From: Octopus sinensis
Taxonomy: Eukaryota
Assembly (NCBI RefSeq): GCF_006345805.1
Contig: NC_043022.1
Span: 19,220,001-19,284,000 of the forward strand
DNA length: 64,000 bases
Direction: 5' to 3'
This document shows positions 1-13,744 of the stretch, piece by piece. The notes below the pieces were generated by a model that saw only the letters and a program-made list of their open reading frames with translations, did no database searches and was not told where the DNA came from. The stretch's first letter is position 1. Each line of letters starts with the position of its first letter. The position numbers and the translations under genes were made by a program.

Positions 1-32
1 CATATATATATGTGTGTATAATATATATATAT

Positions 33-81
<49 letters not shown>

Positions 82-199
82 GTATATATATATGTATATA
101 TTTATGCTTGTGTGTGTGTGTGTGTGTGTGCTCTTTTCTAGGTGTCTACTGAAAAACCCATAACTCATCTTTTCTATCCACCCTCGCCCCACCCTCTGC

Positions 200-505
200 A
201 TCCAGACTACTTATACACAGATACACACACCCACACATTCATGCACACACACACATGCACACATGTGCACGTGTGTACACATATGCATGTGCACTTCACT
301 CGCAAGCTCGCACATCCACGTTCACTCACACACACACACACTCATATGCCTATTCTCACGTATACACATACTCACTCCCATGCACGTACACACCTGCACA
401 CAGACTCGCAAGCTCATATGTCTATCTTCACTCATACATGCACACACGCGCACACACACACACATTTTCAAGCTCATATATCTTTGCTTATACACACACA
501 TGTGT

Positions 506-542
<37 letters not shown>

Positions 543-720
543 AATGCGTGTTCACAAACACCTGCAAGCTCATATATCTATCTTCACTCATACATGCGTA
601 AACACACACACACACACACACTCATACACACACACACTCATACACACACACTTGCAAGTGCATGTATCTTTGCTCATACACACACATGTGCAAACACACG
701 CATGCGTGTGCACACGCATA
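200..720. repeat. Compound (CA)n/(CACAT)n microsatellite
   Basis: Direct reading. Confidence 0.9.
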
Positions 721-2904
721 CTTTCTGTGTCATCTCCCCCACTATTGTGAAATCCTCTCAGCTGGAGGTAACGGTTATCATCTGCAGCACAAAACTACTA
801 GCACCACCTATCGGCTACAGAGGCTATTACGGCACGAGCAGAGGGCAGCAAGGGACAGCTAACACCCCCAGACAGTCACAGCTGGGCTGTATCGAATCAA
901 AGCAACATCACTAACAACAAAAACAGTGGAGAAAATACAAGGTCACACTGCCTCTGTACGGTACCCCTGTCAGGGTACTCAGTTTGGCAGAGGTGTGGTC
1001 TAGCTGGACAGCTACATTTTTGGACCAATTGCTTATGCTATAGATGTATGTACTCGATGTGCATGGCCTAGGGTTATATAACAACACCAGCAGCAGCAGA
1101 AAAGCTATAGTGTCAGGCTCAACAGTGAACAGTATCTTACATACCCACCTGGCTACCCCTGCCAACCTGGATCTACTGCATGTTGGGGTTGTGTAGTTTG
1201 AACCTGAACTAGGAAGTTACACTGGTATGCTGTTTATCTGGAATGATAGTTGGACCAGGAGATGACATATTCTCCATGTGACCTGTTAATCCTTTGTTGT
1301 TTTGAGGTTATATAACGGGCCTGCTTGGATTAGAACTGGTTTGAGAAGTAAACAGCAACAACACAACAACAGCAGTAACAACAAGATTGTCCATAACAGC
1401 AAGTCTAGTAACAACTATAATAAGAAACTTGAACAAGAAAAACAACAACAAGCTACTGTAGTAACAACAACAACAACAACAACAGCAAGCCACAAAAGTA
1501 ATAACGACACCAACAACAACAACAGCAAACTACGACGGTAATACTCAACACCAATAGTAACAACAATTACAGCAACTATAACAGAAACAACAACAACAAT
1601 AGCAACAAAAACAGCAACAGTAACAACAACAAAAAATCAATCATAACAATCACATTTGCAAAAACAGAAGACATAACTAACAACAACCAGCATAAGCACA
1701 ACAGCAAGATGCACCTCACAACACCGTGACACTGCATGCTTTATAGTAATGCACTGCATGTTAGGTTAGTGCAAGGTGTGCCTCAACTAGACTGTGACAC
1801 TGACTGGACCCTGCAGATTGTGTCTACTCATCTGTACGACCACCTTTGGGCTCTATCATCCGGTCTTTGAATGGGGTCAAAATAAAATTCCACTGTTTAT
1901 TTTCTAAGTATTTCTGGTGATAACGATAGATAGTTCAATGAGTGCCTTACTTTCACTTTCGGATTGCTAAAGTCAACAAACAACGATTGCCCCTCTACCA
2001 TCTCGTTCACCAACCACCTTTGTACCTTTCTATCTTGTCAAAGTTCATAAAATAAGTACCATTTATTGAACAGGGTCAAAAGAAATATCTCTGGATATCT
2101 TATCTTCAAAAACATTTCTGGTCATTTAACTATGATAGATATTATTAATAGTTAAGTGCAACCGACATCTACTTTCACTTTCACATTGAGTCAGCGTCGA
2201 CTACACCTCCACCTCCACTGTCTTTTTCCCCTATTTCTTTGTAATCTTCTACAAATGTTAGAAACAATTATTATTGCTGTTGTTATTATTATTATCCTCA
2301 TTACTGTTTTCATTATATTATTATTGTGAGTTTGGCTATGAAATGAAATGCTTTGAGTTCAAATTTCAGCCAGACTCAACCTTCTTATATCCTCAGGACA
2401 GGAAATGTATTTTATTTTTTCCACTTCCCAGTCATAATTAACATTCCACCACCACCTCCACCAACACCACCACCATCATCATCATCATCATCATCTTCAT
2501 CCTCATCCTCATCATCATTATCTACATCACCATCACCCTCTCCTTTATCATCATCATCATTGTCATCATCATTACCACCAACACCACCACTACCAGCATT
2601 ATTGTTCTCATCATTACCATTACCTTCATCACCACCACCATCGTCATCGTCGTCATTATTATCATGATTACAATAACTCCACTTTTGCCTTCAACTCTAG
2701 GAATTGACAATTCCACATTGGCACACTCTTGCAGAATCTACTACATGAGATTTTTAAACACATGGACCACGGTAGACTAGTTTTGTAGCCAATAGCTCTT
2801 GTTTCCACTCACCAAACCAGGTGACCATTCTAGATTGCAGTCCAATCCAGTCCAATCCAGACAGTTATTATTCATTCAGTACTTCACCCACTTCTCAGCT
2901 TCAT

Positions 2905-2908
2905 TGAT

Positions 2909-2970
<62 letters not shown>

Positions 2971-3099
2971 ATATATATATATATATGTAGCTGTCTGTTT
3001 ATCTAGCTAGTTAGTTTCTTATCCCGATCTATCTATCTATCTGTCTGTCTGTCTGTCTATCTATCTGTCTGTTTATCTATCTATTTATCTATCTATCTA

Positions 3100-3183
<84 letters not shown>

Positions 3184-3466
3184 CCTACCTACCTACCTAC
3201 CTATCATCTATCTATCTATCTATCTATCTATCTACCACTCTGTCTATCTATCTTCCTCCCACATACAAACCCACAAACACACTCTCACATACACGTGCAC
3301 ACATACACACAGTTGCCCTAACAGCATCTCTCACGAAACTCAGAGTAGCTACAGAGAGCATAAGTAAGCGCATGACCACGTCGTCCAATAATCGCACAGG
3401 TCTGAGCATTGGCAACATCTCCTGCATCCTCCACTTGCTTGTAACTTAAACTGACCACACGGACAA

Positions 3467-3525
<59 letters not shown>

Positions 3526-3601
3526 AGCACACACACACATACACACACACAAACCCCCGCACACAAACAACACACCACAAAACACACACACACTCACAAA
3601 A

Positions 3602-3632
<31 letters not shown>

Positions 3633-3696
3633 AACACACACACAAACACACACACACACAAACACACACAAACCACACACACTACACACACACACA

Positions 3697-3732
<36 letters not shown>

Positions 3733-3807
3733 CACAAACACACACAAACACACACAAACACACACACACACACACAAACACACACAAACACACACAAACA
3801 CACACAA

Positions 3808-3839
<32 letters not shown>

Positions 3840-3910
3840 AGACACAAACACACACACAAACACACACATACACACACACACACACACACAAACACACACG
3901 TGCACAAATA
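2905..3910. repeat. (CT)n/(CTAT)n/(CTGT)n followed by a long (CA)n/(CACAAA)n microsatellite
   Basis: Direct reading. Confidence 0.95.
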
Positions 3911-4124
3911 TATACTCAACCACAGACTACACCAGACTACACCAGACCAGAACCTGACTAGGGGTAAATCCTTCCCCGTCTTTATTCTGCTGTGACATTT
4001 CCTTTTACCCCTTGTTCTGTGCGCCGTGCTGCATACTTGAGGGCACCCTAACCGTTTGCTACCAGCAAAAAAGGGGACAATACCTTAAAAAAAAAAGGGA
4101 CATTCGGGGCATTATATTATCGAA

Positions 4125-4210
4125 ATGTGCAATTGTTCACAATGTCTGGCTTTGAGATATCGGGCCGAGGAAATTATAGCTGTCATCACCTGCCATCATG
4201 TGACTCCAAG
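4125..4210 (+). CDS. Candidate alternative first coding exon of the SH2 adaptor
   Basis: CpG-containing unique island (~3940-4320). In-frame stop at 4086 then ATG at 4125, reading MCNCSQCLALRYRAEEIIAVITCHHVTP(R) and ending at an AAG|GTAGGT donor in phase 2. No homology support. Confidence 0.3.
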
Positions 4211-4536
4211 GTAGGTCATCTGGTCACTCATGTTTCGCACTCGACTCACCGTCTTCACTCACCCATCCTTCACTTATACTTGGTTTGTTTCTTAATCACC
4301 ACATATCCTTGCCTATAGTAGCAGTTTGACTGTTCAAGGAGATGCTACATGTTAGTTCTCTGTATGTAGGTCCAGCTACCTTAAACTCATCTACTCATCT
4401 ATCACTCCGTCCTTCTGTCTGTCATGCATCTATCTATCTATCCATCCATCAATCCAGCAATTAACACATTCATCCATACATGCATCTATCTATCCATATA
4501 TTTATCTGTCCTTCTTACTATCTTATCTATCTACCT

Positions 4537-5095
4537 ATAGGGAGAGTTTACGAAAAAAAAACAAAAGACAAAGACAGGTGGTGTACAAAACAAACAGATG
4601 TATTACTCTTTTTCTTTTTTTGTAATTGTTTCAGTCATTTGACTGTGGCCATGCTGGAGCACCGCCTCTAATCGAGCAACTCGACCCCGGGACTTATTCT
4701 TTTCTAAGCCCAGTACTTATTCTATCGGTCTCTTTTGCCGAACCGCTAAGTAACGGGGACATAAACACACGCATATATATATACATATATATACATATAT
4801 ACGACGGGCTTCTTTTCAGTTTCCGTCTACCAAATCCACTCACAAGGCTTTGGTCGGCCCGAGGCTATAGTAGAAGACACTTGCCCAAGGTGCTATGCAG
4901 TAGGACTGAACCCGGAACCATATCGTTGGTAAACAAGCTACTTACCACACAGCCACTCCTGCGCCTATTAGTATAACGCTCAGGAATAGAAAACGTATTT
5001 TACATTTCGAGCCTACACTCTTCTACATAAAGGGACGCAGAAAAAACAAGGAGAGATAAAAATGTGTGTAGTGGCTAACGATCTATCATGGTGAC
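4537..5095 (-). mobile_element. Penelope-like fragment P2 interrupted by a SINE-A (4606-4965)
   Basis: Native GATGTATTAGTATA is split, with TATTA repeated on both sides of the SINE (4601-4605 and 4966-4970). Confidence 0.65.
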
Positions 5096-5628
5096 TAGTG
5101 CCGGACAGAAGGGTCCTATCTGTTTGTCTATCTATCTATATATTCATCCATCCATTAATGCATTCATCTATACATCTACTTATCCATATACAGGTACAGG
5201 AGTGGCTGTGTGGCAAGAAGCTTGCTACCCAACCACATGGTTCCATGTTCAGACCCTCTGCATAGCACCTTGGGCAAAATATTTTCTTACTATGTGGATT
5301 TGATAGATGGAAACTGAAAAGAGCCCATTGTGTGTGTGTGTGTGTGTATGTATATATATATTATATATGTATATCTATATATTTGTTCCCCCTCCATCAC
5401 CACTTGACAACCAGCGTGGGTGTGCTTACATCCCTGTAACTTAGTGGTTCGGCAAAAGAGACGGATAGAATAATTACTAGGCTCAAAAAAATAGGTCCTG
5501 TAGTTGATTCATTCAACTAAAAATTCAAGGCAGTGCCTCAGCATGGTAGCAGTCTATTGACCGGAACCAGTAAAAGACAAAAGATATATATATATATATA
5601 TGAATAAGAATAATATGAGGTAATATTA

Positions 5629-5892
5629 TTCCAAACTTACAGGGAAAAATTCAATTTAGAAATACTAAATCAAATTTCACAAAATATAATATATATATAT
5701 ATATATAAATTAGAAAAAAAAATCCTTTTATCAATTCAATAATGAAAAATTATATTACACCAAATACGTTATATGATTTATCTTATATTTAATCTTTCTA
5801 TATGTAATTTTCTAGATGGTGTAATTCAATTTTCATTATGATTGAATTGATAAAAAGGTGTTTTTTTCTAATTTATATATATTTATAATATA

Positions 5893-5924
<32 letters not shown>

Positions 5925-6064
5925 TATATTAATTAGAGACAAAACCACTATTAGGCAAATCAAACAATGAAAGACTTAAGTCAATACATATGATTAATTT
6001 ATATTAATATTTTACTATAAAATTGGATTCAATCCTAAATGTGATTTTTCCCTGTAAGTTTGGA
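5629..6064. repeat. Nested imperfect inverted repeats in (TA)n (outer ~35 bp, inner ~60 bp)
   Basis: CCAAACTTACAGGGAAAAA at ~5631 versus TTTTTCCCTGTAAGTTTGG at ~6045; inner pair 5703-5762 versus 5817-5880. Confidence 0.8.
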
Positions 6065-6273
6065 TTTATTCCCTAATATTTATATATATATATGTATATA
6101 TAGGTGCAGGAGTAGCTGTGTGGTAAGTAGCTTGCTAACCAACCACAAGGTTCCGGGTTCAGTCCCACTGCGTGGCATCTTCGGCAAGTGTCTTCTGCTA
6201 TAGCCCCGGGCCGACCAATGCCTTGTGAGTGGATTTGGTAGACGGAAACTGAAAGAAGCCCATCGTATATATG

Positions 6274-6304
<31 letters not shown>

Positions 6305-7074
6305 TTGTGTGACTGTGTTTGTCCCCCTAGCATTGCATGACAACTGATGCTGGTGTGTTTACGTCCCCGTCACTTAGCGGTTCGGCAAAAAGAGACCGAT
6401 AGAATAAGTACTGGGCTTACAAAGAATAAGTCCCGGGGTCGATTTGCTCGACTAAAGGCGGTGCTCCAGCATGGCCACAGTGTAATGACTGAAACAAGTA
6501 AAAGAAAAGAAATTAAAGAAATATATATATATATACACACATATATATATATTATGTGTACAGTTAGATATCAGTGTATGACTACTGCTGTATAAGTTAG
6601 AGCTGCACATGGATTATCATCATCCATTTGGTTTCCAGTTTAGAAGTTAGTCAATGACCGTATGCAGCAGTGTTACTGGTTAGGATGCATACTAAACATA
6701 CTTAGTGGACATTAAAGATGGACATCAGTAGAAATATTTAATCCATGTGTATATTTGACCACTGGAGTCAGGCATCCAAATACACTTGGAACATCCAGTG
6801 TTCCAGATAACTGCAATGATAAAATGTATGTCGTAACTAAATGTTTATACTCGCTTTCTGGCTCTCTCTCTCTTTTTCTACACACACACACACACACATA
6901 TATATACATATATATACGTGTATGCATATATATATATATATATATATATGTATATTATATTGATACGAAATGGCAAGACAACAAAAAAATGAAAGAGACC
7001 TTGATATTATGTAAATGGAGGAATTATCTGTAAAAGTAATATATGAAACTATTCGGTAGCCATGATAAAACTAC

Positions 7075-7151
7075 TCAAGTTATATACATGTATATATAAC
7101 ATATATACACATATGCATATATATATATATATATTATATATATCATATATT

Positions 7152-7197
<46 letters not shown>

Positions 7198-7263
7198 TAG
7201 ATAATATATATATATATATATATATACACTATATATATATATATATATAATATATATACACAC

Positions 7264-7298
<35 letters not shown>

Positions 7299-7465
7299 AC
7301 ATATATATATATATATATATATACATATATATACATGTATATATATATACATATATATATATATATTTATATACATATATACATGTATATATATACATAT
7401 ATGTTACATGTATATACATATATATCTGTATATATACACACATACATATAAATATACATAGACAT
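7075..7465. repeat. (TA)n microsatellite
   Basis: Direct reading. Confidence 0.95.
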
Positions 7466-7899
7466 TATATTTATATTCTTTTATACTTTATTCTTCTATT
7501 TGTTTCAGTCATTGACTGCTGCCATGCTGGAGCACCGCATTTAGTCGAACAAATCAACCCCAGGACTTAGTCTTTGTAAGCCTGGTACTTGTTCTATCAG
7601 TCTCTTTCGCTAAGTTACGGGGACATAAACGCACCAACATCGGTTGTCAAGTAATGGTAGTGGGGGCAAGCACAGACACACAGACACACGGATCTGGTGT
7701 CACATAAAAATCACCAGTGCTGGTGTCACAAATAATGCATAGGGGCAGATACCATATAAAAAGCACCCAGTACACTCTGTCGAAGGATCACCCCACACTT
7801 TCGTCAAGAACAAATTCATTATTCTTAGATAAGATTAGATGATGACTTAGTTGTCTGGAACTGCGAAGTCATTCCCAATACCTTCTTTGTTTAAGAATT

Positions 7900-7930
<31 letters not shown>

Positions 7931-8589
7931 TACACACACATATATATATATTTTTTTACTTGTTTCAGTCATTTGACTGCAGCCATGCTGGAGCACCGCC
8001 TTTAATCGAGCAACTCGACCCTGGGACTTATTTTTCTAAGCCCAGTACTTATTCTATCAGTCTCTTTTGCTGACCGCTAAGTAACGGGAGATTAAACACC
8101 CGGCATCGGTTGTCAAGCAATGCTAGGGGGACAAACACAGACACACAAACACACACACACACATATATATATACATATATATGACGGGCTTCTTCAGTTC
8201 CGTCTACCAAATCCACTCAAAGCATTGGTCGGCCCGGGGCTATAGCAGAAGACATTGCCCAAGATGCACGCAGTGGGACTGAACCCGGAACCATGTGGTT
8301 GGTTAGCAAGCTACTTACCACACAGCCACTCCTGCGCCTAATATATATATATATCACACACAATACAAACAACCACTCCACGGTATATATGTATATATAT
8401 ATGTGTGTGTGTTTGTGTGAGTATGCGTGTGTGTAGATAACATTTCTTGAATAAAAATAATTGCAAACACAGCCCCGTAATTGTGTGTGTGTGAGTGTGT
8501 GTATTCATCTGTGTGTAAATGGATGTAATGTATGCTTGTGTGAGTACATTTGCATATGCACACTCACGTTTATATGTTTTTGTAGATAT

Positions 8590-8888
8590 ATAGACACACA
8601 CACACACATATACATACATACTTACATATATGCATATATACATACACACACACATAATTATGCAGCACAGTCACATTTATATATTTTATATATATGTATA
8701 TATAAACACATACATACATACATACACATACATACATACATACATACATACACACACATACACACACACAACATACATACATACATACATACTACATACA
8801 TACATACACACATACATACATACATACATACATACATACATACACCCCAACATTACATACATACATACCTTATACATACACACACACA

Positions 8889-8920
<32 letters not shown>

Positions 8921-9156
8921 CATACACACATACATACAACATACATACATACATACATACATACATACATACATACTTACATACATACACACACACACAT
9001 ACATACATACATACATACATACATACATACATCAACACACACACACATACATACACACACACATACACACATACATACATACATACATACATACATACAT
9101 ACATACACACACATACATACATACATACATACACACACACATACATACACACACAT

Positions 9157-9187
<31 letters not shown>

Positions 9188-9447
9188 TACATACATACAT
9201 ACATACATACATACTTACATACATACATATACATACACACATACATATACGTACATACATACATACATACATACATACACACACATACATACACACACAC
9301 ACACACATACATACATACACACATACATATACGTACATACACACATACATACATACACACACACATACATACATACATACATACATACATACACACACAC
9401 ACATACATACATACATACATACACACATACATATATATACGTACATC

Positions 9448-9478
<31 letters not shown>

Positions 9479-10076
9479 TACATACATACATACATACATA
9501 CATACAGCATAATACATACATACATACATACATAAATACAAATACATACATACATACAACATACATACATACATACACACATACATACATACACATACAA
9601 ATTATGCAACATCATACTTAAATCATTTTTTTCCATGCTTGTGTATATGTTTATGTATATGTGTGTATGTGTGCGTGTGTTCATATATATATATATATGT
9701 ATGTGTGTGTTCATATATGTATGTGTGTGTGTTGTAAATTTACCAAATGTCTCTGGAACTTAAATCTCTTTCTGTAAATTATTTCATTGACCCCATTTCC
9801 TTACGGTGTGTGTATGTGTGTATATATTTGTGTATATGTATGTGTGTATTTTTACATGTGTATATATATGTGTGTGTGTGTTGTCTGTCTGTCTGTCTGT
9901 ATGTGTATATGTGCCCATGCATGTGTGTATATGTGTGTTTGTATATAAATATGTGTATGTGTGTGTGTTTATGTGTTTGGCTATTTGGCTATGTATGTTT
10001 ATGCAGTCAGTGTCTATATAAGTATTGGTGTTAATTGTACAATGTATGTATGTGTGTGTGTGTGTATATGTATGTA

Positions 10077-10114
<38 letters not shown>

Positions 10115-10334
10115 GTATGTGTAGTGTGTATGTAGTATATATATATATATATGTATATATATGTATGTATGTATATATAAATGTGTGTGTATGTTTATAT
10201 ACATATATATATATACACACACACACATTACATACACATATATATATACTACATACATATATTATATAACATACATACATATATTCATACATACATATAT
10301 ATATACATACATACATATATATATACATACATAC

Positions 10335-10369
<35 letters not shown>

Positions 10370-10421
10370 TGTATATATATATGTATGTATGTATATATAT
10401 ATGTATGTATGTATATATATA

Positions 10422-10453
<32 letters not shown>

Positions 10454-10490
10454 CACACACACACATATATATACACACATATACATACAT
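8590..10490. repeat. ~1-kb (CATA)n tract followed by (TA/TG)n microsatellites
   Basis: Direct reading. Confidence 0.95.
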
Positions 10491-10554
10491 CTCTTCTTGT
10501 GATTTGTTGACACATTTCCTCTTTCCAAAGTCTGCCTCAGATAAACATCGTAGC

Positions 10555-11460
10555 ACAGCCACCACCACCACCACCACCACCACCCACCACCCCCACCACT
10601 ACCGTTACCATTATGGTTACGAAAGCTACTGCCACCCCCACCTCCAACGCCCTCATCAACCCCACCACCACCACCACCACCACCACCACCACTACTACTA
10701 CTGCTTTCTCCCTCCCCCCCATTTCTACGATCACCTCCCAACCACTACCCCCCCCCACCGGTACGAAAGCATCACCTTTCCACTTTCTCTACCTCTATGA
10801 ACACACAGCTACTAGAACCACCACAGTATCTTGTACCACCACTACTACTACTACTACTACAACCACCTACTAGAACTATTACCAATGCCACCACCACTAC
10901 AACCATGCCACTGTAACTGCAACCACAAAACCACCACAAACACTACAACCACCACCACTTCTACTACTGCTACCACCACTACAACTATAACCATTACTAC
11001 TACTGCTACTACCACTACAACTGCCTCCAGTATTACTATAATCATAACCACCACCACTACAACGGCCATCACTACCTCCATTACAACCACCACCACTACA
11101 ACAACAACCACCACCACCACTACGACCACAATCACTACCATCATTACAACTAGCACCACTACAACCACAGCAACTACCACCACTACAACCACCATCACTA
11201 CAACCTCAGTCACCACCACCACTACAACCACCACCACTACAACCACAGCCACCACCACCACTACAACCACCATCACTACCACCGCTATCACCACCACCAC
11301 TACAACCACCATCACTACCACCACAACAACCACAGCCACCACCACCACTACAACCACCATCACTACCACCACTACAACCACAGCCATCACCATCACTACC
11401 ACCACTACAACCACAGCCACCCACCACTACAACCACAGCCACCACCACCACAACTATTAC
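10555..11460. repeat. (ACC)n/(ACT)n/(ACA)n trinucleotide tract
   Basis: Direct reading; source of the poly-Thr and poly-Val ORFs. Confidence 0.95.
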
Positions 11461-11694
11461 TTCTGCAGACATTTGTTTCTTTTTGTTGGTTGGTTTTGTT
11501 TTTTTGTAACAACCCTGTTACTCTGTGTTAATGATTCTTCCTGAGAATTCTCTTAAAGTACATATGAGTGGCTGTGGAATACTCAACCACTTATAATATG
11601 CTAATTCAGTGATCAGATTATTCAGTTGATCAAGCTACTCAATACCCATCATTGAAAATGCAAGAGATCCACCCCTTGCTGTACCATGGGCTAC

Positions 11695-12309
11695 AGAAGA
11701 GGTTCAGTCCAACCAGCATCTGTTAGCGGGTGTCACAGGATGGTACAATCCATCCAGCATCATAAGTGGGTGTGACAGGATGGTACAGTCCATCCAACAT
11801 CTGTCAGCAGGTGTCACAGGATGGCATAGTCCATCCAGTGTCTGTCAGCAGGTGTCACGGGATGGCGCAGTCCATCCAGTGTCTGTAAGTGGGTGTCACA
11901 GGATGGTACAATCCATCCAGCATCCATGAGTGGGTGTTACAGGATGGCACAGTCCATCCAGCATCTGTAAGTGGGTGTAACAGGATGGCACAGCCCATCT
12001 AACATCCATTAGTGGGTGTAACAGGATGGCACAGCCCATCTAACATCCATTAGTGGGTGTGACAGGATGTTACAGTCAAACCAGCATCAGTATGTAGGTG
12101 CCACAAGATGGTTCAGTCCACCCAGCATCTATTAGTGGGTGTAACAGGATGGCACAGTCTACCCAGTATCTGTAAGTGGGTATCCCAAGTTGGTACAGTC
12201 ACCCAGCAACTGTTAGGTATCACAGGATGGTACAGTCCACCTAACTGCAAACGGTAGGTACCACAAAGAGGTGTAGTCCATGAAGGTGTAAATAGGTATC
12301 ACAGGTTGG
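11695..12309. repeat. 41-bp minisatellite, about 15 degenerate units
   Basis: Consensus GGATGGTACAGTCCATCCAGCATCTGTAAGTGGGTGTCACA. CAGGA recurs at 11736, 11776 and 11817, then CGGGA at 11858. Confidence 0.92.
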
Positions 12310-12535
12310 CGAGCTGGCAGAAACGTTAGCGCGCCAGGCGAAATGCGTAGCTGTATTCGTCTGCCACTACGTTCTGAGTTCAAATTCCACCTAGGTTGAC
12401 TTTGCCTTTCATCCTTTCGGGAGTCGATAAATTAAGTACCAGTTACGCACTGGGGTCGATGTAATCGACTTAATCCGTTTGTCTGTCCTTGTTTGCCCCT
12501 CTGTGTTTAGCCCCTTGTGGGTAGTAAAGAAACAC
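12307..12535 (+). mobile_element. SINE-B copy with a 14-bp TSD, inserted at the end of the 41-bp minisatellite
   Basis: GTATCACAGGTTGG at 12296-12309 and 12536-12549. Head GAGCTGGCAGAAACGTTAGC, B box GAGTTCAAATTCC, central GACTTTGCCTTTCATCCTTTCGGGGTCGATAAATTAAGTACC. Confidence 0.9.
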
Positions 12536-12827
12536 GTATCACAGGTTGGGTCAGTCCACCTTGGCTTTTGAGTGAAATCAGAAGCATACCCCATCCCCAC
12601 CTTGATCTACACCAACATGGCTACTCACACCTCCACCCTCTAACCTCCCTTCAGTTTGTTTGTTCACCCCACCATCACACACACACACACACCTTCAGTC
12701 AGTCAGTCAATCACTATACCACTTCCACACACATGTACACACATACGTCTGTACATACATATACACACACACACCACCCTACTTAATTATGCTTTAACCA
12801 GTCAGTCACTATACATTGCTACTACAT

Positions 12828-12868
<41 letters not shown>

Positions 12869-12965
12869 GCTTACACACATACGTTCACACACCACCCCTC
12901 ATTAATTAAGATTTTAGTCAATTGGTGTACACCACTGCCACTACAATGACTATACAGGTACCAGC

Positions 12966-13108
12966 ATGTCGGAACAAACACTACCCTGCTATGTGTACAA
13001 CCTACCCCAGTCTGCCACGCTGACCACTGACCACTCGCCACCCATATATGAGTACCAACATGAGTTTAGTCAACACATTCATAGTTCTGATCTAAAACAA
13101 ACTCACAG
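12966..13108 (+). CDS. Candidate upstream (possibly first) coding exon of the SH2 adaptor
   Basis: Unique non-repetitive sequence. ATG at 12966 reads MSEQTLPCYVYNLPQSATLTTDHSPPIYEYQHEFSQHIHSSDLKQTH(R) and ends exactly at a strong CAG|GTAAGA donor in phase 2, matching exon 23193. The frame is open back to 12918, after a ttttAG. Confidence 0.55.
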
Positions 13109-13469
13109 GTAAGACGCACGGACACACGGACACACACACACATTATGTTTAAGTATACAAACAATCATGTACACACCTGGTTACGCAGGTGCATACAAAC
13201 ACAGCCATGTGCTCATGGTTGTCATTTGAATCCGATTACAGCACCTCCTTCGTTAGTAGATCCCTTCAGGAGTTTACATCCCAGTTCAGGCATGGCTGTG
13301 TGGTAAGTAGCTTGCGTACCAACCCCGTGGTTCCAGGTTCAGTCCCACTGCATGGCACCTTGGGCAAGTGTCTTCTACTATAGCCTTGGTTCAACCAAAG
13401 CCCTGTGAGTGGATTTGGTACACGGAAACTGAAAGAAGCCCGTCGTATATATGTGTATGCGTGTATAAA

Positions 13470-13678
13470 AATGTGACCTTGTGTGTACCGTTGGCGATTT
13501 TTTTTCCTCTGTCTTCCCTTCTCTGGATCTTTCCTTCTCCTGTGTTTCCGACGAAGAGCTCTGCTTGAAACGTTAAACCCTCCTTCTTTCCTTCTTTCCT
13601 GAGTGTCCAATAATACTATATTTGTTCCACGTCCTCGCGTTGTTGTGCTTTTATTTTGTGCTTTCTTGTTTGGAATAA

Positions 13679-13690
<12 letters not shown>
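13470..13690 (+). mobile_element. Penelope-like terminal fragment (family P1) with a minimal hammerhead motif, inside a SINE-A microsatellite
   Basis: GTTT-CCGACGA-A-GAGC-TCT-GCTT-GAAAC-GTT-AAAC at ~13544-13579. A second copy is at 17826-18035. Flanked by (TA)n/(TG)n. Confidence 0.65.

Positions 13691-13744
<54 letters not shown>

Noticed and set aside
142-914. 202-aa and 219-aa His/Thr-rich ORFs
   Set aside because: Translations of (CA)n microsatellite, open in several frames on both strands; no splice or domain signal.
2735-2771. Micro-exon NLLHEIFKHMDH (cttgcAG...G|GTAGAC)
   Set aside because: Weak donor; phase incompatible with exon 23193; too short to support.
8461-9714. 386-aa and 301-aa (HTYI)n ORFs and their antisense ORFs
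   Set aside because: (CATA)n repeat read-through.
10831-11544. Mucin-like poly-Thr ORF (237 aa)
   Set aside because: (ACC/ACT)n trinucleotide tract, also open as poly-Val on the other strand; no flanking splice sites or signal peptide.
11695-12309. CRISPR-like array (palindromic ~41-bp period)
   Set aside because: Units are contiguous degenerate copies with no unique spacers, there are no cas genes, and the context is eukaryotic.
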